43,310 bases of DNA from assembly GCA_035650735.1 (NCBI GenBank), contig DASRGZ010000099.1:1-43310 (forward strand). The letters run 5' to 3'. Within the stretch, counting starts at the first letter, position 1. Every line of letters starts with the position of its first letter. The DNA comes from Chthonomonadaceae bacterium. Its GTDB lineage: Bacteria > Armatimonadota > Chthonomonadetes > Chthonomonadales > Chthonomonadaceae. The notes beneath the pieces are model-generated. The model was given only the letters and a program-made list of their open reading frames with translations, did not search any database and was not told the DNA's origin. A program made the translations under genes and the position numbers. This document shows, one piece after another, positions 19,028 to 28,505 of this stretch.

Positions 19028-22000
19028 ATGCACCTCAGTCGCCTTGCCGCACTGATCGCCGTCTTGATCGCCGTGAGCGCCGCCGCGTTCGGCCAGAGGA
19101 GAGCCATGGAAAGTAGCGTCGTGGGACCGCCGACCGGCGGCAGTGCGTTCCACAAGAACGACATCACCTATTCCACCTCGGTCGTCACCCCCCACATAGA
19201 CTGGGCGACAAAGCTGCCGGGTGGCCCCATCAAAGGCTTCTTCATTCCTTCCGTCGAGTTTGGCCGGGACATGGTGGAGCTGATGCAACGCCTCGACCTT
19301 CAGCCCACCACCGTCAGCATTGACCGTAACTGGGACATCAACTGCTGGGGCATTGGGGACTACTATGACCATGTGAACCGCGGCGACCGAGATGACTTCC
19401 GTATCGTCTACAGCTATGTGGAGAAAGACCTGACAGGCCCGGCGCCTTTCGAGGTCATGGTTATCCCCGGCCTCAACGGATGGACCCGCCTGACACGCCC
19501 CGCTCGCGATGCTATCCTGCGGCGCGTCCAGGAGGGCGCGGGCCTTGTCCTCATTCATCCCTTCCTCGGCGATGTGGAGAATCACCCTTTTCTCGGCGAT
19601 GAGAAGATCGGCGACACCCGGCTCTGGGACCTCTCGCCCCTCGTAGACTGCCCGAACGACCGTATAAATGGAAGCGGCTACCCGGAACGGAACAAAGACG
19701 CGATCACGAAGGGCAAGTGGAAGCGTGCCAAGGCTCATTTCATCACCCGTGGCCTGCCGCTGGCCCTGCTCCCGGAAAGTACGCTCGGCGGCTCCTTCTA
19801 CAAGTACCGCGCGACCGGCGAGGTCCTCCTGAAGTCCGGGGAATACCCTATTCTCGCCGTCAAACCGTATGGCAAAGGCCGTGTGGTCTCCCTGGCCTAC
19901 GTCGAAGAAGGCTTTCTGCCCGAAACGGACAATTCGGTTACGCCGCGTGTGAACTGGGACTACTGGGAGTACCAGTACTCTCTGCTCTGCCGCGCCATTC
20001 TGTGGGCCGCCGGGCGTGATTCGGGCGTGGGCGTCGCCTCCTTCACCGCCAGGCCCAGCGCCGCCTCTCTCGTGCTGAACGCTTCCTCCGCCACAACAGC
20101 GACGATAGAGATTCATGGCAAGACCGCGTTTGGGCAGCGCCTCCCGGCCTACCATGTCCGGCTGAACCTACGTGCCGGCAAGAATACGGTGCCCATTCCC
20201 GTCTCTGCGCTCCGGCCCGCCACCGGCTGGCCTCAGGGGAAGCTTATCTTTGACCTCGTCGTGCGCAATACGGGAGGCGCGACCCTGGATTGGGCCTCCG
20301 CGACCTTCGATACCCCCCGGCAGGCGACCCTCGCGCAGATCAAGCCGGACGCCCCCTTCTACAAACGCGACGACACACTCCGCGCGGCCATCCGAGCTAA
20401 CGGCAACGTCGCCGGTCTGCGTGTCCGCTTTACCGTCACGGATGACTACGACCGCGACCTCACCCGCCAAGAGCGCCCCGCCGCCGCGCATAGCGAGTTC
20501 ACCTATCGTCTCGCCGACTTCCTCGGCAAGTTTGCTTCCCTCCGAACCGATCTGGTGGATAGGCATGACTTCATCGTAGACCGTCTGGAAACTCAGCCCC
20601 TCCTGATCGTTCCGAAGGAGCGCCGCGAACGCGAGTACAAAGCCCAGATCGGGTTCTCCAGCCTGCGCCCCTACTTCCGCTCCGTCCGTCTCCGCCAGAT
20701 CCGCGCCGCCTCGACCGACATCGGAATGACATGGACGGAGGGCATCAACAACGGTCTGGACATCCCGCACGGCAGCTTCGGTATCTACTGGTACGACCGT
20801 GGGCCAGAGGACGAAGCGGGCATCGAGAAGGCGATCCAGGAGTACCAGCGCACCGGCAATTACGCCACCCTGCCCTACAACGCCAAGCGCGTCCTTTACA
20901 AACGCACGCACGATAAGAAGCTCCTCGTGCGCATCCCCTCCTTCTGCGATCCGGCCTTTCTGAGCAAGCTGCGCCAGATCGTCGTCCAGAGCGCGCGGAA
21001 GAAGGCCGGCTACGGGCTGGACTACTATTTTGTCGGGGATGAAGGCTCGCTCACCTCCTACGGAGATGCCTACGACTTCTCCTGGGACGAAGACACGCTG
21101 GCCGCCTTCCGGGAGTGGCTGAAGAAGGAGTATGGTTCCCTCGACGCGTTGAACAAGGAGTGGAAAAGCCGCTTCTCTGCCTGGGAGAGCGTCGTTCCCT
21201 ATACGACGGAGGAGGCCCAGCAGGCTAACAACTACGCGCCCTGGGCCGACCACCGGACCTTCATGGAGGTCGTCTTTGCCAACGCTTACCAGCTCGTGCG
21301 GGATGCCGTCCGCGAGGGCGATCCCGACGGCCACATCGCCGTTTCCGGAACGCAGGCCACCAACGCCTACAACGGCTGCGACTGGTACCGCCTTGACCAG
21401 GTTATTGACGACTTCCTCTCCTACGGCGGCGGCAATCAATGGGATCTGCACCGCAGCTTTGCCAAGCCCGGCGCGATGATCGGTTTCTGGACCGGCTACG
21501 GCTCTCATGGCCTGGGCGTCCAGAACGCCATCTGGAACGCGGCGATCCACAACGTCCTCTACCCGCAGATATTCTGGCTTCCCTCCTTCCTCAACCCGGA
21601 TTTCACGCACTCTATGTCCGCCCGCGACATGGGCGAGGCGTTCTCTGCACTGCGTTACGAGGGCATTGGAAAGCTCTTCCTAGAGGCGGAGCGGTTGCAG
21701 GATGGCATCGCTATCCACTACTCGATGCCTTCCGTCCACGCCGCCGTCCCATTGTGGCAGCCGAAGCAGGAAGGGGAGACGCGGCCAAACTTTGACGCCG
21801 ACCGCGACGGCTGGGTGCGCGTCGTCAACGACCTCGGCCTACAGTTCGACTTCGCGGCCTACGGCCAGGTCGAAGCGGGCGCTCTAGCTTCGGGAAAATA
21901 CCGCGTCTTCATCCTCCCGCTCTCTGCGGCGCTCTCGCCGCGCGAGGTGCAGGAGATCGAGGACTTCGCTCAGCGCGGAGGTATCGTTATCGCCGACGCC

Positions 22001-23020
22001 GCCGCCGGTGTCATGGACGCGCACTGCGCCTGGGTTCCGGGCGGCCTCCTTAATGACTTCTTCGGCATCGCGACCGCGCCTGCCGAGCAACGCGCTTTCA
22101 CCCACCTTACCGGTTCTGTGTCGGTCACGGAGGAGGGAAAGAGGTGGGGACTCTCTCCTGACCTGCTGGAAGACCTCCCATTGGTAGAGGCGGTCACGGC
22201 TTCGACCAGTATCCCCTTGCTCAAGGTGGGCGATCACGACGCGGTCTTCGTCCGCCAGGTGGGGAAGGGATGGGCGATCTACCTTAATACCGCGCTCGAC
22301 GCCTACAGCCGTTCTCGCCGCCGCAGCTATGGCGGGGGCAGCTACCGCGGCCTGGTGAGTGCGCTGCTCGATCATCTCGGCATTCAGCCCGCTGTGCGGG
22401 TTCTCGATGCCGACGGCAAGCCGCTCGCCCAGGCTCAGGTCGTGCGCTATCGCCTGGGAGATGCGCAAGCCCTGGCTATCGTGAAGGAGAACGTCGGCAT
22501 GAAGGCGATCCAGGGCTACGACGGCGTCACCGTCTACCAGGATGCCCATCTGGGCCAGGTCGCCTCCCAGGAGGTGACCATCCAACTTCCGCAGCGCTTC
22601 CACGTTGCGGACGCACGCACCGGCAAGCAACTCGGCACGACGGATACGGTGAAGACCTCGATTACGGTCGGCGGGGCGCTGGTGCTGGGTCTCAGCCAGA
22701 CCGCCAATCAACTCGCCCTCACCGGCCCGGACTCCGCCCGCCTCGGCGATCATGTGCGGTTCCGACTCACCTCCTCCGGGACGGCAAAGGCGCTCGTTCG
22801 CTGCCACGTCTTCGGCCCCGATGGTCGGCCCCTTCCTACCTACGCCAGGAACATCCTGCTGCCCAAGAAGGGGACAGCCTTCATCTTCCCTTCCGCCGTT
22901 AACGATGCGCCGGGGACGTATACGGTGCGCGCCACCGATGTCATTACTGGAGCCACCACGGAGGCGAAGATTACGCTGCGGCAGGCGGGGCAGACGACGG
23001 CGAAGATGCCTGCCTCTTAA
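19028..23020 (+). CDS. Large secreted GH42-like glycoside hydrolase with beta-galactosidase trimerisation domain
   Basis: Signal peptide; FVGDEGSL; AAFREWLKKEYGSLDALNKEW (GH42 pattern); PWADHRTF; YRVFILPLSAALSPREVQEIEDFAQRGGIVIAD (trimerisation domain); beta-sandwich C-terminus. Confidence 0.78.
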   Translation: MHLSRLAALIAVLIAVSAAAFGQRRAMESSVVGPPTGGSAFHKNDITYSTSVVTPHIDWATKLPGGPIKGFFIPSVEFGRDMVELMQRLDLQPTTVSIDRNWDINCWGIGDYYDHVNRGDRDDFRIVYSYVEKDLTGPAPFEVMVIPGLNGWTRLTRPARDAILRRVQEGAGLVLIHPFLGDVENHPFLGDEKIGDTRLWDLSPLVDCPNDRINGSGYPERNKDAITKGKWKRAKAHFITRGLPLALLPESTLGGSFYKYRATGEVLLKSGEYPILAVKPYGKGRVVSLAYVEEGFLPETDNSVTPRVNWDYWEYQYSLLCRAILWAAGRDSGVGVASFTARPSAASLVLNASSATTATIEIHGKTAFGQRLPAYHVRLNLRAGKNTVPIPVSALRPATGWPQGKLIFDLVVRNTGGATLDWASATFDTPRQATLAQIKPDAPFYKRDDTLRAAIRANGNVAGLRVRFTVTDDYDRDLTRQERPAAAHSEFTYRLADFLGKFASLRTDLVDRHDFIVDRLETQPLLIVPKERREREYKAQIGFSSLRPYFRSVRLRQIRAASTDIGMTWTEGINNGLDIPHGSFGIYWYDRGPEDEAGIEKAIQEYQRTGNYATLPYNAKRVLYKRTHDKKLLVRIPSFCDPAFLSKLRQIVVQSARKKAGYGLDYYFVGDEGSLTSYGDAYDFSWDEDTLAAFREWLKKEYGSLDALNKEWKSRFSAWESVVPYTTEEAQQANNYAPWADHRTFMEVVFANAYQLVRDAVREGDPDGHIAVSGTQATNAYNGCDWYRLDQVIDDFLSYGGGNQWDLHRSFAKPGAMIGFWTGYGSHGLGVQNAIWNAAIHNVLYPQIFWLPSFLNPDFTHSMSARDMGEAFSALRYEGIGKLFLEAERLQDGIAIHYSMPSVHAAVPLWQPKQEGETRPNFDADRDGWVRVVNDLGLQFDFAAYGQVEAGALASGKYRVFILPLSAALSPREVQEIEDFAQRGGIVIADAAAGVMDAHCAWVPGGLLNDFFGIATAPAEQRAFTHLTGSVSVTEEGKRWGLSPDLLEDLPLVEAVTASTSIPLLKVGDHDAVFVRQVGKGWAIYLNTALDAYSRSRRRSYGGGSYRGLVSALLDHLGIQPAVRVLDADGKPLAQAQVVRYRLGDAQALAIVKENVGMKAIQGYDGVTVYQDAHLGQVASQEVTIQLPQRFHVADARTGKQLGTTDTVKTSITVGGALVLGLSQTANQLALTGPDSARLGDHVRFRLTSSGTAKALVRCHVFGPDGRPLPTYARNILLPKKGTAFIFPSAVNDAPGTYTVRATDVITGATTEAKITLRQAGQTTAKMPAS

Positions 23021-23151
23021 GGCGACGGCGATAACGGCGGCATCCTGTCTGCCTCGCCGTGCCCTATCTATAGGAAAGGAGCGCTATCAGGCGAGCAAAG
23101 TCTCTATTTTCACGGAGAGAAAGCCTTTTAGATTCCAGGAAGGTAACGGAG

Positions 23152-24051
23152 ATGGAACGCAAAACCGCAAACGAGTATCCGCAAGAGCTTCTTAACCTGT
23201 TCGACACCTACGTTCATGGAATGATTGATCGACGTCAATTCCTCGAGCGCGCCCAAAAGTTCGCCGTTGGAGGCATGACCGCCATGGCGATCTGGGAGAG
23301 CCTGCGTCCCAACTACGCCTGGGCGCAGCAGGTTCCTAAAGACGACCAACGTATCAGGACGGAGGTAGTCACCGTTCCCTCGCCCAAAGGCAACACAAAC
23401 ATCAAGGGTTATCTAGTTCATCCCGTCCAGGATAAGGAGTCGAAACACCCCGGAGTACTCGTCATCCATGAGAATCGCGGCCTCAATCCCTATATCGAGG
23501 ACGTGGCGCGACGGCTCGGGACAGAAGGCTATCTGGCGCTCGCGCCGGACGGCCTGACCTCCGTCGGCGGTTATCCCGGCGACGACGAAAAAGGCGCGGA
23601 GCTGTTCCGAACAGTGGACAAACAGAAGATGCTCGAGGACTTTATCGCGGCGGCGAAGTGGCTGAAGGCGCGTCCCGATTGCACGGGTAAGCTTGGCGCG
23701 GTAGGATTCTGTTTCGGGGGCGGCATCGTCAATATGCTGGCGGTCCGACTCGGCTCCGAGCTGGATGCCGGCGTCGCCTTCTACGGCTCCCAACCTCCTG
23801 CCGAAGAGGTGGGGAAGATCAAGGCGCCTTTGCTTTTGCACTACGCCGGACTCGATACCCGCATTAATGCCGGCTGGCCTGCATACGAGGAGGCGCTGAA
23901 AGCCCATCATGTCCGATACCAGGCGTTCATCTATGAAGGCGCCAATCATGGTTTCCATAACGACACCACGCCCCGCTACGACGCCGCGAGCGCCAAGCTC
24001 GCCTGGACACGGACGCTCGACTTCTTTGCTCAATATCTTCGCAAGAAATGA
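23152..24051 (+). CDS. Dienelactone hydrolase family (YghX type)
   Basis: FDTYVHGMIDRRQFL, VIHENRGLNP, GFCFGG nucleophile, HGFHNDTTPRYD. Confidence 0.93.
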   Translation: MERKTANEYPQELLNLFDTYVHGMIDRRQFLERAQKFAVGGMTAMAIWESLRPNYAWAQQVPKDDQRIRTEVVTVPSPKGNTNIKGYLVHPVQDKESKHPGVLVIHENRGLNPYIEDVARRLGTEGYLALAPDGLTSVGGYPGDDEKGAELFRTVDKQKMLEDFIAAAKWLKARPDCTGKLGAVGFCFGGGIVNMLAVRLGSELDAGVAFYGSQPPAEEVGKIKAPLLLHYAGLDTRINAGWPAYEEALKAHHVRYQAFIYEGANHGFHNDTTPRYDAASAKLAWTRTLDFFAQYLRKK

Positions 24052-24104
24052 ATCCTCCCACCCCGCCCGAACAGGCGACTGGAATCTAGAACCGGAGGTC
24101 TCTC

Positions 24105-25784
24105 ATGTCTCTTTTCGGCGATCTGCTGGGCGCCCTGGCCGCGCCTCCGATGGGCCGCAACCGCCGTATCTCCAGCAACGAGCAGCCCAACTGGAACAAC
24201 GGCAACTTTGACATGACCCGGCTTGCGCCCGGACAGGTTTTCGAGCTGCCGGTGCTGGAAGGGCCGGGCGTCATCACCCATATCTGGTTTACCAGCCACG
24301 CCGGCGGCGTCAACGAGCTCAACGCCCTGAGCCTGCGCATCTACTGGGATGAGCGGCAGGAACCAGGCGTGGAAGTGCCGCTCGGCGAGTTCTTTGCGGT
24401 CGGGCAAGGCAAGCCCGCCATCGTGGAGAGCCTGCCGGTGCAGGTCTCGCCGACGGGCAGCCTGACCTGCTACTGGCGGATGCCGTTTGCCCGCTCCGCC
24501 CACATCGTCATCGCCAACGATAACCACGACCGCTCCTCCGGGCTCTACTGGCAGGTGGATTGGGTGGCGCTGGACGCCCTGCCGCCCGATACACCTTACT
24601 TCCATGCGCGCTATCGGCAGGAGTACCCGGCAGTCATGGGGCAGGACTATCTGATTGCCGATATTGCAGGCCGCGGACAGTATGTCGGCACGGTGATGGC
24701 GGTGACGCTGGCGCAGGATGGCTGGTTCGGCGAGGGCGACGACTTCTTCTACATTGACGGCGAGGAGATACCGAGCCTGCAAGGGACGGGCAGCGAGGAC
24801 TACTTCAACGATGCCTGGGGCTTCCGGCAGCGCACCAGTCTCTGGTTCGGGCAGCCGCGCTGGCAGGGATGGAGCGCCGGGGATAGCGGCCTTTGCTACC
24901 GCTGGCACGTCCTGGACCCGGTCGGCTTTAGGCAATCGCTGAAGGTGACGATGGAGCACAAGGGCAACCGGGCGAACGCGGAGGAAGCCTGGTATATCGA
25001 GCGGCCCGACTTCTTCTCCAGCATTGCCTACTGGTATCAGCTCGGTGAGCCAAAGCCGTTCGGTTTTCTTCCGCCCTGGCCGGAACGGGGCGTGCCCTGG
25101 CAGAATCAGCATCTGGTGCGCACGTTTCGACAGGCGGAGGCAAGCGGGGGCACGCAGGTGACAGTACAAACGCTCGGCTTCTTCGGCGGGCGGCCCGCTC
25201 TCTGCTGGCCCAACACCGAGCCGGACGCCCACCTCACGTTGCCCTTTACGGTCACGGAGGAGGGGCGGTACGCTGTGCGCCTGATCGCCTTCACCGGGCC
25301 GGAGTACGGCCTGTTTGCTGTCGAACTCGACGGCAAGGTGGGTCTGCCCGCCGCCGATTTCCGGTCGCCTGAGCTGGAGGAGATCGATCTGCGGCTGGGC
25401 ACGCACGCGCTCTCGGCAGGGAGGCACACGCTGACGTTTCGTGCTCTGGCCGCGCCCTCCGGGAAGGCGCAGCCGCTGGCGGTGGAGATGCTGCGTCTGC
25501 TGAAGCTGCCGGCAGAGGCGGTGCGCGAAATCAAAACGGACAACGAGGCCCACTTCATCCGCTTGGGCATCGGACGGGCTACCTATGCCTACCGGTTGGC
25601 CTTCGACACCGTGCCCGAATCGCTGGAAGCGTTGGTGGAAGCGGGCTTTATGCCTGTGCGCTACCTGACGGATGAGAATGGATTCAGGCTGCTCTCCCGC
25701 CGTGAAGGGGAAAATCTGGTGGTCGAGAGTACCGCTCCGGGGGGATGGAAGCATGGCTGGCAGGGCTTAGACGCCCGGCGCTAA
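24105..25784 (+). CDS. DUF2961 / GH172-family glycosidase with a C-terminal jelly-roll and extra tail domain
   Basis: EGPGVITHIWFT, LRIYWD..PGVEVPLGEFF, YWRMPFARSA, WFGEGDDFFYIDG..GTGSEDYFNDAWG, YRWHVLDPVGF. Confidence 0.88.
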   Translation: MSLFGDLLGALAAPPMGRNRRISSNEQPNWNNGNFDMTRLAPGQVFELPVLEGPGVITHIWFTSHAGGVNELNALSLRIYWDERQEPGVEVPLGEFFAVGQGKPAIVESLPVQVSPTGSLTCYWRMPFARSAHIVIANDNHDRSSGLYWQVDWVALDALPPDTPYFHARYRQEYPAVMGQDYLIADIAGRGQYVGTVMAVTLAQDGWFGEGDDFFYIDGEEIPSLQGTGSEDYFNDAWGFRQRTSLWFGQPRWQGWSAGDSGLCYRWHVLDPVGFRQSLKVTMEHKGNRANAEEAWYIERPDFFSSIAYWYQLGEPKPFGFLPPWPERGVPWQNQHLVRTFRQAEASGGTQVTVQTLGFFGGRPALCWPNTEPDAHLTLPFTVTEEGRYAVRLIAFTGPEYGLFAVELDGKVGLPAADFRSPELEEIDLRLGTHALSAGRHTLTFRALAAPSGKAQPLAVEMLRLLKLPAEAVREIKTDNEAHFIRLGIGRATYAYRLAFDTVPESLEALVEAGFMPVRYLTDENGFRLLSRREGENLVVESTAPGGWKHGWQGLDARR

Positions 25785-25890
25785 GCGAGCTTGCCTTCCG
25801 GCAGGCGAGCCCTGACCGCGACGGTAGCGGCGTCGGAGGCGGGGACGGCGCGCAGGTTCCCTCTCGTCCGTAACGGAACGTAGGGCCTGC

Positions 25891-25987
25891 TTAGAGTGCC
25901 GAACAAAACCCGTTCTCCCTCTGCCTTGCAGGGAGAGGGCTGGGGTGAGGGGAGAGCCTGACAGCCAGGGGTTGTTAGGGGCTCTTA
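25891..25987. mobile_element. Putative MITE (IS5/ISL2-like ends, TTA duplication) containing a REP hairpin
   Basis: TTA|GAGTGCCGAACAAAACC ... GGGGTTGTTAGGGGCTC|TTA: imperfect 17-bp TIRs (12/17) with a TTA direct repeat on both sides; internal CTCCCTCTGCCTTGCAGGGAGAGGGCTGGGGTGAGG. Confidence 0.55.
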
Positions 25988-27172
25988 GTCGAAGAAGTCT
26001 TCCTCACCTGGAGGCAGATACTGCCTGGCCGCCTCATTGAACCGCACTCCCAGGCCCGGCGTGTCCCAGAGACGAATCTGGCTGTTCTCCACAATCGGAT
26101 CGGGTAAGCCTTCGATGATGGAATACCACCATTCCGGACGCGCCACCGGGTACTCGAACGCGATGAAGTTGGCGGGAAGCGTCGCGCAGACCTGTACCAA
26201 TCCGGCCAGCCCGATCAGCCCGTCAAAAATGCCGTGCGGAGCGATCAGAATTCCATGCAAGTCCGCGTATTCTGCCACCCATTTCAGTTCGGCAAGGCCC
26301 CCGATGTCCGCCGGGTCGGGACCGAGGATATTGACCGCATGTTTCTCGATCAGGTCTTTGAAGTTTTGGCGCAGATAGATCTGTTCCCCCGTGTGGATGG
26401 GCGTGGACGTGCTGCGCGTCACTTCCCGATACACATCCGCCAGGACGTAGGGGACATAGTCGCCCGTGAGTAGGTCCTCTAGCCACATCACATGCAGCGC
26501 TTCCAGCGATTTCGCCAGCCGAATCGCATCGGGCACCATCCAGCCGGGGCCACAGTCCAGGGCAAGGCCCACTTCGTCGCCCAACACGGACTTCATCGCC
26601 TCCACACAGGCGATCACATGCTTGAGACCGCGTTCGGTAAGCAGGCCGCGATTGGCATGAAACCGACCTGTGTGGACCTCGCCCAAGGTAAAATCGGGGA
26701 CCTGGCGCGGCATGGCGCTATGGAAGCCGATGCCCTGCTTAATAATGCTGAACTTTTCCGGGGAGTTCTTCATCTTCGCGACGTTGTCGGCGTAGTCTTG
26801 TGGAGAACTGCCATGCATCGGAAAGCGAACGCCCCCATTGTAGACGCGCACCCTGTCGCGCACTTTGCCTCCCAGCAGCTTGTACACCGGCACATTGGCC
26901 GCTTTCCCGGCGATGTCCCAGAGGGCCATTTCGATCGCGCTGACGGCACTGCCCCAGGGCTTAAAACTCCCCAGGCGGCGAATACGCAGCATCACCCGTT
27001 CCACATCCGTCGGGTCTTCCCCCAGGAGGTAGGGCTTGTAGAACAGGATGTGAGGCCGCAGATAGGATTTGGGATTTTCTGCCTCCCCATATCCGTCGAG
27101 GCCGGCATCGGTGGTAATGCGAACGATGGGGTTTTCGCCCAGAAGAGTACACTTGAGGTCGGTGATTTTCAT
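25985..27172 (-). CDS. Mandelate racemase/muconate lactonizing enzyme family (sugar-acid dehydratase-like)
   Basis: MKITDLKC, SAVSAIEMALWDIAGKAANVPVYKLLGGKVRDRVRVY, metal ligands D(CGP)/E(D)/GE, APHG. Start at ATG 27172. Confidence 0.92.
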   Translation of the reverse strand: MKITDLKCTLLGENPIVRITTDAGLDGYGEAENPKSYLRPHILFYKPYLLGEDPTDVERVMLRIRRLGSFKPWGSAVSAIEMALWDIAGKAANVPVYKLLGGKVRDRVRVYNGGVRFPMHGSSPQDYADNVAKMKNSPEKFSIIKQGIGFHSAMPRQVPDFTLGEVHTGRFHANRGLLTERGLKHVIACVEAMKSVLGDEVGLALDCGPGWMVPDAIRLAKSLEALHVMWLEDLLTGDYVPYVLADVYREVTRSTSTPIHTGEQIYLRQNFKDLIEKHAVNILGPDPADIGGLAELKWVAEYADLHGILIAPHGIFDGLIGLAGLVQVCATLPANFIAFEYPVARPEWWYSIIEGLPDPIVENSQIRLWDTPGLGVRFNEAARQYLPPGEEDFFD

Positions 27173-27279
27173 CCTGGTGTCTCCCTGTGACAGAAGCGAA
27201 GATAGGCTGCAAGCCAGACGCTCCAGGTTACCAAGCGTGCCTGCAACCCCTTCCAGGTTCTCCCATTCCTCACAGAGCG

Positions 27280-28110
27280 TCAGGCTTCCTGTTGGGTCAC
27301 CACCCGCTCCGGCGTGTTCTCGATGCGGGTGAGCCAGTAGCCCATATCCCAACGCTCGTCACCGGTGAGAAAACGCCAGAACCGAATACGGTTGACGTAC
27401 TCGATTCGGTCATCGTTGCCGTACCAGCGGTGATTGCGCGAGAGAATGCCGGGTATCTGGGGATCCTGCAAGTCGTCGGTGTTCCAGAGAAGCTTCTGCC
27501 GCACCGTCGGATTCAGGCGGAGCTTGAACATGGTGCGCAGCCTGTCCGTGCGGTTGGGTTGGGCACAGTGCCAGATGCCATGATGGGCGACAAAGAGCGT
27601 GCCGGCCTTGCAGACAGCGGGCATCTGCCCAACGAAGTTTTGATAGCGGGCAATATCCGTCTCATGGATGCGGCGAAAGTGGCTGCCAGGCAGGAACATC
27701 GTCCCGCCCATCTCGCGCGGCGTGTCATGGGGAAAGTAGAAAAGCTGGATATCAAAGTGCAGGCGGGTGTCTATGATAGCGTCGGCGTGCCATATCTGCC
27801 CTTCCAGGTGGCCTGGCCCCACTTTGTGGAAGGCATGATGGTCGTAGAGGGGATTGGGACCGACCAGGCTTTCTATGATGCCGCGAACCTCCGGCAGACG
27901 GATCATGGCGCCAAAGCCCTGCGAGTCCGGCCAGGCGTTGGCCAGGGGCTGCCCCTGGTACTCATACCGCAGGCTGATAAGACCTTCTTCGACCTCGCGC
28001 CGCGCCTCGGTGTTAATCGCCTCCGGAATGAGCTCGTCAAAACGCAGCAAACCGTCTGCGGCGAAGTTGGCCATCTGCACCGAGGTGAGCAGATACCGCT
28101 TCTCAACCAT
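27280..28110 (-). CDS. Phytanoyl-CoA dioxygenase (PhyH) family Fe(II)/2-oxoglutarate oxygenase
   Basis: WHAD (HxD), GGTMFLPGSH, GIWHCA distal His, N.TDRLRTM. Confidence 0.88.
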   Translation of the reverse strand: MVEKRYLLTSVQMANFAADGLLRFDELIPEAINTEARREVEEGLISLRYEYQGQPLANAWPDSQGFGAMIRLPEVRGIIESLVGPNPLYDHHAFHKVGPGHLEGQIWHADAIIDTRLHFDIQLFYFPHDTPREMGGTMFLPGSHFRRIHETDIARYQNFVGQMPAVCKAGTLFVAHHGIWHCAQPNRTDRLRTMFKLRLNPTVRQKLLWNTDDLQDPQIPGILSRNHRWYGNDDRIEYVNRIRFWRFLTGDERWDMGYWLTRIENTPERVVTQQEA

Positions 28111-28387
28111 TCTCGACCTCCTCCATCTTCTCCAGAATGTATTCGAACCGCAGGTAGGATGTCGTCAGCTCCATGCCGGGATAGGCCGGAAACTGCTGGG
28201 GAAACTGCATGACGCGCCAGCCGTCCCGCATCGCGGCCAGCACCGAGGGATAGGGCGGCGTATCGCTGTCTCCGGTCGTGTGGTGCTCTCGGCCGGTTCC
28301 GTCATAGATAGCCCAGGCGCCTATCTCGCTGTTGAGATCCGGCGTGCGCGAATAAAGAATCAGTATCTTCTGTCGGAGATTGGACAT
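28103..28387 (-). CDS. Hypothetical protein (94 aa) overlapping the phyH-like start
   Basis: GAGGAGGAG RBS, 8-bp overlap with the downstream gene, protein-like composition (PPYPSVLAAMRDGWRVMQFP). Confidence 0.75.
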   Translation of the reverse strand: MSNLRQKILILYSRTPDLNSEIGAWAIYDGTGREHHTTGDSDTPPYPSVLAAMRDGWRVMQFPQQFPAYPGMELTTSYLRFEYILEKMEEVENG

Positions 28388-28465
28388 CAGGAAAGCTCCT
28401 CCTCAGGTCTGCTCTTTCAAGCCAGCCCTTCATGCGTGGGGCGCACCACCGAGCATGAAAACGCC

Positions 28466-28505
28466 TCTCCCTTCTCCTTCTCAAGGAGAGGGGCCGGGGT
28501 GAGGT
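28466..28505. repeat. REP-like palindrome abutting the stop codon of the fucD-like gene
   Basis: Reverse complement reads (TAG)ACCTCACCCCGGCCCCTCTCCTTGAGAAGGAGAAGGGAGAG, matching AGACCTCACCCCCAGCCCCTCTCCTT at 18641. Confidence 0.75.

Noticed and set aside
27207..27260. Short direct repeat CTGCAA..CCAGGTT x2 between phyH and the enolase gene
   Set aside because: Two degenerate copies only; no function can be supported.
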